From Takakia lepidozioides (lineage: Eukaryota; Plantae; Bryophyta), in NCBI GenBank assembly GCA_030704615.1, contig JAKLZA010000155.1:1-11000 (forward strand): a stretch of DNA of 11,000 nucleotides, written 5' to 3'. Under the pieces are notes generated by a model. That model searched no databases and was not told the origin of the DNA. It saw only the letters and a program-made list of their open reading frames with translations. This document shows, in pieces, positions 6,901 through 11,000 of this stretch. A program made the position numbers and the translations under genes. Every line of letters starts with the position of its first letter. Within the stretch, counting starts at the first letter, position 1.

Positions 6901-9900
6901 TTCATTGTATTTTTTGAGGAAAGCGATCTGATGGACAATCTCCACAGGTGACGACGAATGCGCAAGAGCAGCTGGACACACAAGCACATCAGTTCAAGAT
7001 GGAGATATCTCCTGCTGCAGAGAGCCTACGTGACTATGTGACGAGGTACTTTCTGCTCTACAAAACCAACCTATTTTTCGGGAGATAGCAGATGCTCGCC
7101 GGAGCCACGAGTTCACCGACCAGCCGAACGCGGACAAAGCAGCAATGCGCCTTCTGTACAGGTACATACGCGCTGCCTTTCTTTCAAGTCCTGGCATTTC
7201 AGGATGTTAGGCCTCAAGTGGTGTTAGGGAAAATGGCGCCGAATTTCCAGTCAGGGCTCCGAAAATGGCTAAGTCCCTAGACTGGCTGGCCCGGAACTGG
7301 AAATTCGGCGCCGTTTTCCAGTTCAGGCCTATTGCCGGGACTTAGCCATTTTCGGTCTAAGTCCCTAGGGGGCTGGCCCTGAACTGGAAATTCGGCGCCG
7401 TTTTTCCAGTTCCAGGCCCTATTGCCGTCCAGGGACTTAGCCATTTTCGGGCTAAGTCCCTAGACTGGCTGGCCCTGAAGTGGAAATTCGGCGCCTTTCC
7501 AGTTCTAGGCCCTATTGCCGTTCAGGGACTTAGCCATTTTGGGCTAAGTCCTAGGGTGGCTGGCCCGGAACTGGAAATTCGGCGCCGTTTTCCAGTTCTA
7601 GGCCCTATTGCCGTCAGGGACTTAGCCATTTCGCTAAGTCCCTAGGGTGGCTGGCCCTGGAAAAGGCCCTATTGCCGTCCAGGGACTTAGCCATTTTGGC
7701 TAAGTCCCTAGGGTTGGCCCTGAACTGGAAATTCGGCGCCATTTTCCAGTTCCAGGGCCTATTGCCGTTCAGGGACTTAGCCATTTTCGGGCTAAGTCCC
7801 TAGGTGGCTGGCCTGAAGTGGAAATTCGGCGCCATTTTCCAGTTGTAGGCCCTATTGCCGTTCAGGGACTTAGCCATTTTCGGACCTCATGTGTTTTTCA
7901 TGAATGCAGGTACTGTAAGTTCCCTTTTGGAGAAAGGTCATCTGTCTTTCGAGCCACCATTCTTCCTGGCATGGAGGAACCCTGGGGCTGACTCCATGTA
8001 CACTGACGATATTGTGAAGGAGTGGCATCTGGAACATTTGCGTGATTGCCCTTGGTATGTGGACCTTCCGCCCGGCTCGCTCGACCCATCCGAGTTTCAA
8101 TTGAAGCTGGATGCTGAATTCCGACGAAACCGGGCTCCGCTGCCTCCATTGGGTGCAAAAGAGGCAAAAGCGCTTGCGAACTCCAGGAAAGCGGCAGAGC
8201 TTGCTCAGGCAGGAATTCAGGAGAAATTGCATGAGAAGAGTAAAGGTCAAAGGAAAAGGACAAGGAAACAGGTGACTGCAGTAGTAACACCCAAAAAGAA
8301 GAAAAAAACCATCGGGGCATCGGAGGAGGCGCAGGAGGGGACCCAAGAGAGTGACTCGGACGACGACTTTGTTCAAGGTCCTGGACTGCTGTTGCTCCTA
8401 CCCAGTCACCGGTCGTCCGGGTTCCCAAGTCAGTTCGGAGTGGGACTGGCTCTGCCAAGAAGTTGGCATTTGAGGGAGCCTACACGCGGTATTCGGCGGT
8501 GACGTTTACGCACAGGCCAAAGCTAGAACCTCCAACCATCATCCAATGCGTCAATGAGAGCTTCCTTGACGCTCTCGCTGCCAGGGCGAAGAAGGTGGCA
8601 CACAACAAGTCTCTGGCGGAGCAGAAGGGGAAGCCAAGAAGAGGGCTGGCGGTACAAGCCTAAAGACACCCCTGGTTTTGAAGCCATGATGGAATTCTTC
8701 ACGGCTGTGAGCACGAATTGCAAGAGCACTCGGGGGGGGGGGGTTGAGGTGGAGAGAGCTTGCGACATGATTCTCCTCGACATTCCAGATGGGGAGCTGC
8801 TGGAGGGCCTGGATGGTGTGCCCACCTGGAACAGGTTTACTGAGGACTACTGGAAAGCCGGGTTTGGGCTGGCGGGGATGCTTCTGGATGACGGTGGATG
8901 TGTGGTTGTCCTTGCCACGAGAGGGAAGACCACAGAGAATGCGGTGGCAAGGTGGACACCGAAAGTGTCACCCCGGTCCTCCTCAGAAAATGGTTCTGCA
9001 TCAGTACGCAGGGGTTGCGAACAGAGGGCCAAAGTGTAAGTTATCAATCTTTTGCATTCACTTCATATTGTGGTGTATGTTAAGTAGACCCTGGATTGAT
9101 CCCTTCTTTGTTGGATGTGCAGACATTGGTGTTTGAGGCATATTGCTTTGTGAAGAGAGGGTCTACGTTCAAATTCCGCAACGACGGTCGTCTTGTTGAT
9201 GCCGCTTGTGGACCCTGTAACCTACGATGTCCTCTACAACTATGTGCCCCACTCAGTATGCCGAAGGACACAAAGACAGGCAAACCGTGGCGGTACAGCC
9301 GGACCCGGAGCCCTGCTTTCATCCAAACCCTCATGGAGACGTGCTCGGATGTCCAAGGGCGGATTCTGGACCTCACATGCGGCACGGGTAAGCCTTCACG
9401 TGCTCAGTTTGTCCCTGGCCCGATTGCAATTGCATGCCGCAAGCTATTAACCGCCCGCTTTGTTCCTCAGGTGCTTCAATGTGGGCAGGGACGTTGTCCG
9501 ACAGGCATGTGTTCGCCTTCGAGCCAGATACTGCCCTCCACAACTCGGAACTTGCAGCGGCTGAAACGTCTGCCGAAAGAGGAAGAGGCATCCTCGGAGG
9601 ATGAGAAAAATCCGAGAAGGAGCAGGGGGAGGAAGTTGGGATCGAGGCCGAGGAGCCCCCGGTTTACGAGTGAGTGGTGGCATTGTAAGTTGCCTCCAGA
9701 TTTGTGAGGCACCTCCCTCCGCTCTCTTATTTCATTGAAAACCCTTTCTGGTTGTGCTGGTATTGACATTCTTGAAGTGGATTTGTTCTTACTGTAGGAT
9801 GCCAAGTACTGCCGGAGGGACGTCTACACCGGAGTTCATGGGCAGGAGGAACGTGCCTTTTTTTGCCAGGGGGGATTTCATGCCTAGTCCAGAAAGGGGA

Positions 9901-10258
9901 GTACATCCTTCCTACTTTATGCTGCCCGGCTTGCTTCGGTGTCCATTAGGAGGTGTTCGAACGTAGTCGTGTACAACAGATTTTAGACGAGGCAAGCCTC
10001 AAGAAAATGAAGATGAGGGAGGAGGCAGCAGCTATTAGAGCCCGTCGGGCTCGTAGATTTGTCTTGGATTCTGCTGAGGAAAGTGGGGGAGAAGACGCAG
10101 AAGATTCCCAGGAGGTGAGGTGGACAGTCCCCCAAGGAGAGGACGGGATTTTTGAGAGGCATAGTGGAACTGATGCATCACAGAGCTCGGAGGATGAGGG
10201 GGATGAGGGGGATGAGGAAGAAGGTGGGGCAAGTTCCTCGGAGGGTGTAGGAGAGTAG
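3977..10258 (+). CDS. Multi-exon accessory gene: basic low-complexity N-terminus, ParB/Srx-like domain, uncharacterised middle region, beta-class amino-DNA methyltransferase-like domain, acidic tail (many frameshifts)
   Basis: Collinear plus-strand ORF fragments linked by candidate introns 4154-4509 (GC-AG, tentative), 5949-6066, 6255-6325 (tentative), 6853-6947, 7162-7909, 9036-9122, 9388-9470, 9685-9797 and one ending at 9949. Stop TAG at 10256-10258; AATAAA at 10322-10327. The 5' exon structure is uncertain and a split into two genes cannot be excluded. Confidence 0.68.
5504..5948 (+). other. ParB/Sulfiredoxin-like N-terminal domain
   Basis: Reconstructed across two -1 shifts (~5627, ~5709): AKLRIPLCRLVSLQVVRPALPGDIDKLKFSFRDGYRMGSAAF/YVSIENDHG...KWGPHWQ/NANEEFERSIASDPLFQHCVRKMFYVWDGNHRLLAWMEH. 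Shows the IPLxxL...RP...I..L..S...G box and the DGxHR / GxxRxxA signature (DGNHR at 5790-5804). Confidence 0.8.
6853..6947 (+). other. GT-AG intron (95 nt, phase 0)
   Basis: TTTCAG|GTACTT ... CCACAG|GTG joins MTWWFQ to VTTNAQEQLD. Confidence 0.7.
7162..7909 (+). other. Long intron (748 nt) filled by tandem array 2
   Basis: TACAG|GTACAT donor after ...KAAMRLLY and TTTTTCATGAATGCAG|G acceptor before ...EKGHLSFEPPFFLAW; one further 1-bp indel near 7923 is needed to keep frame. Confidence 0.65.
7228..7884. repeat. Tandem array 2: ~7 copies of a ~90-96 bp unit with two palindromes per unit
   Basis: Unit: AGGGACTTAGCC-ATTTTCG-GGCTAAGTCCCT, linker, GAACTGGAAATTCGGCGCCRTTTTCCAGTTC, AGGCCCTATTGCCGTTC. 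GGCGCC starts at 7235, 7307, 7394, 7490, 7581, 7735 and 7828; the unit near 7660 has lost the second palindrome. Confidence 0.93.
9036..9122 (+). other. GT-AG intron (87 nt, phase 0) within the MTase domain
   Basis: AGT|GTAAGT ... GTGCAG|ACA joins LRTEGQS to TLVFEAYCFVK. Confidence 0.8.
9388..9470 (+). other. GT-AG intron (83 nt, phase 1) splitting the SAM-binding motif
   Basis: ACGG|GTAAGC ... TTCCTCAG|GT; splicing restores DLTCGTG-ASMWAG in frame. Confidence 0.88.
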
Positions 10259-10373
10259 TGCCCATTCCGGCTATGACAGTTAGAACACACTTGTATAGAC
10301 GTGGCTTGCCACAAAATTTGCAATAAAATGTTGCATTTTCAAGTCCACTGGTGCCACATTCCAACTTCACATG

Positions 10374-10481
10374 ACCCTATTTCCGTGCCTCCTAACCCTA
10401 TTTCCGTGGACTCACAATGGTCTGCTCATGCTTTTTTTTTTTTCCGCTCATGCTCATGCCGCTCATGAAATAGCAGCCCCC
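10374..10481. repeat. Candidate right terminus (TIR/subterminal repeats) of the element
   Basis: 14-bp direct repeat ACCCTATTTCCGTG (10374-10387, 10395-10408); four GCTCATG copies (10424, 10446, 10452, 10461) around a T12 run; ends ...AAATAGCAGCCCCC, which reads GGGGGCTGCT from the outside in (Mutator termini typically begin with G). Composition changes immediately afterwards. Confidence 0.5.
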
Positions 10482-11000
10482 ATATGCATGAAGAGCTTGT
10501 GCTGGTAAAGAATTGGATTCCAAAGGATATTTTGTGGATCAAACTCACACCAAGAACAGCTTTCCAGACTTGTTTGCCATATGGTTATATGGTAACGGAG
10601 ACTTCAAGTATAGCCAAGGGTGCATTGAAGCTTGAAAGAAACCCAAGCATATACGAGAGATATTACAGAAGAGAGTTTTGGTTATTGCCACATTAAAAAG
10701 AAATGAAAGACATGGGACATGAGTGATGAAAGAGCTAGACGCCAGAGATATTCAGCAAAAAGAGAAAGCTATCTGAAGCTAATTATCCATATCTTTGGGA
10801 GAGAGGAATAGACATAGGGGAATCATCTGGACCTCTCACACCATAAGATCAAAGAGTACATCACCCATACCGGGAAGAACTAGAGTTGGATGCCACTCCT
10901 TCTGTTTCTTTGCAAGAAAGATTAAGGGAATTGGTACAGGAAGAAGATCAATCACGAGGTGAAAGATCTGAGGTACATCCCTGGATAAAAGATTGACAGA
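10482..11000 (+). pseudogene. Degenerate flanking coding-like sequence, possibly an old retrotransposon-derived ORF that received the insertion
   Basis: Purine-rich and CpG-poor (5 CpG in 519 bp). The frame of ORF 10484-10696 continues through several stops (...WERGIDIGESSGPLTP*DQRVHHPYREELEL...). No diagnostic domain recognised. Confidence 0.3.

Larger units (their letters stand above)
8755..9530 (+). other. Beta-class (circularly permuted) N4C/N6A DNA methyltransferase-like domain
   Basis: Motif IV-like CDMILLDIPDG (DIPDG at 8779-8793), then AGMLLDDGGCVVVL (cf. RVLKPGG-type motif), RSPAFIQTLMETCS (motif X-like). After removing intron 9388-9470, ILDLTCGTGASMWAGTLSDRHVFAFEPD reads in frame, matching the SAM-binding motif I-II pattern VLDPFxGSGTTxxAAxxxGRxxxGxE. 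Order IV before X-I-II defines the beta class. Confidence 0.8.
1..10481. mobile_element. Large Mutator-like (MULE) DNA transposon with an accessory ParB-methyltransferase gene; left end outside the window
   Basis: MULE-type DDE transposase, a divergent second gene, internal tandem arrays sharing one motif, short subterminal repeats ending in CCCCC at 10477-10481, and an abrupt change in GC/CpG content after 10481. Membership of both genes in one element is inferred, since the second terminus and TSD are not visible. Confidence 0.72.

Noticed and set aside
7228-7884. CRISPR array or tRNA cluster
   Set aside because: Whole units are near-identical with no unique spacers, and there is no cloverleaf or T-loop consensus.
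8047-8076. CPWYVDLPPG as the MTase catalytic motif IV
   Set aside because: It is separated from the MTase core by a long low-complexity linker; DMILLDIPDG has the expected strand context and spacing to the downstream motifs.
7870-8458. Minus-strand ORFs of 168 and 186 aa (likewise 4907-5709)
   Set aside because: Antisense to the accessory gene exons; low-complexity shadows of K/E-rich coding sequence.
5504-9530. Bacterial or phage ParB-MTase contamination
   Set aside because: Multiple GT-AG introns restore the reading frame, including one inside the SAM-binding motif, and there are NLS-like and acidic extensions.
10431-10443. T12 run as a retroposon poly(A) tail or intrinsic terminator
   Set aside because: It is embedded among the GCTCATG repeats, with no associated LINE/SINE body or GC-rich hairpin.

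Overview
Eukaryotic, intron-containing DNA; a plant host, probably non-seed, is my inference. About 1-10481 appears to be one large Mutator-like (MULE) DNA transposon whose other end lies beyond the left edge of the window. It carries two divergent genes. The minus strand (~2397 to <=12) encodes a DDE transposase with a WRKY/GCM-type zinc finger. The plus strand (~3977-10258) encodes a spliced accessory protein fusing a ParB/Srx-like domain (DGNHRLLA) to a beta-class amino-(N4C/N6A) DNA methyltransferase-like domain (DIPDG ... ILDLTCGTG|ASMWAGTLSDRHVFAFEPD). Two otherwise unrelated tandem arrays, one between the genes (2630-3790) and one inside an intron of the accessory gene (7228-7884), share a palindromic core (TGGAAATTCGGCGCC...TTTCCA) and a ~90-97 bp period. 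Both genes are broken by many 1-bp indels, mostly in homopolymers, which suggests sequencing error rather than decay. After a candidate terminus at ~10481 the sequence becomes CpG-depleted, degenerate flanking DNA. Working hypothesis: a transposon-encoded, sequence-specific epigenetic (anti-silencing or self-marking) system built from a ParB-methyltransferase and parS-like palindrome arrays. All translations and counts were done by hand.
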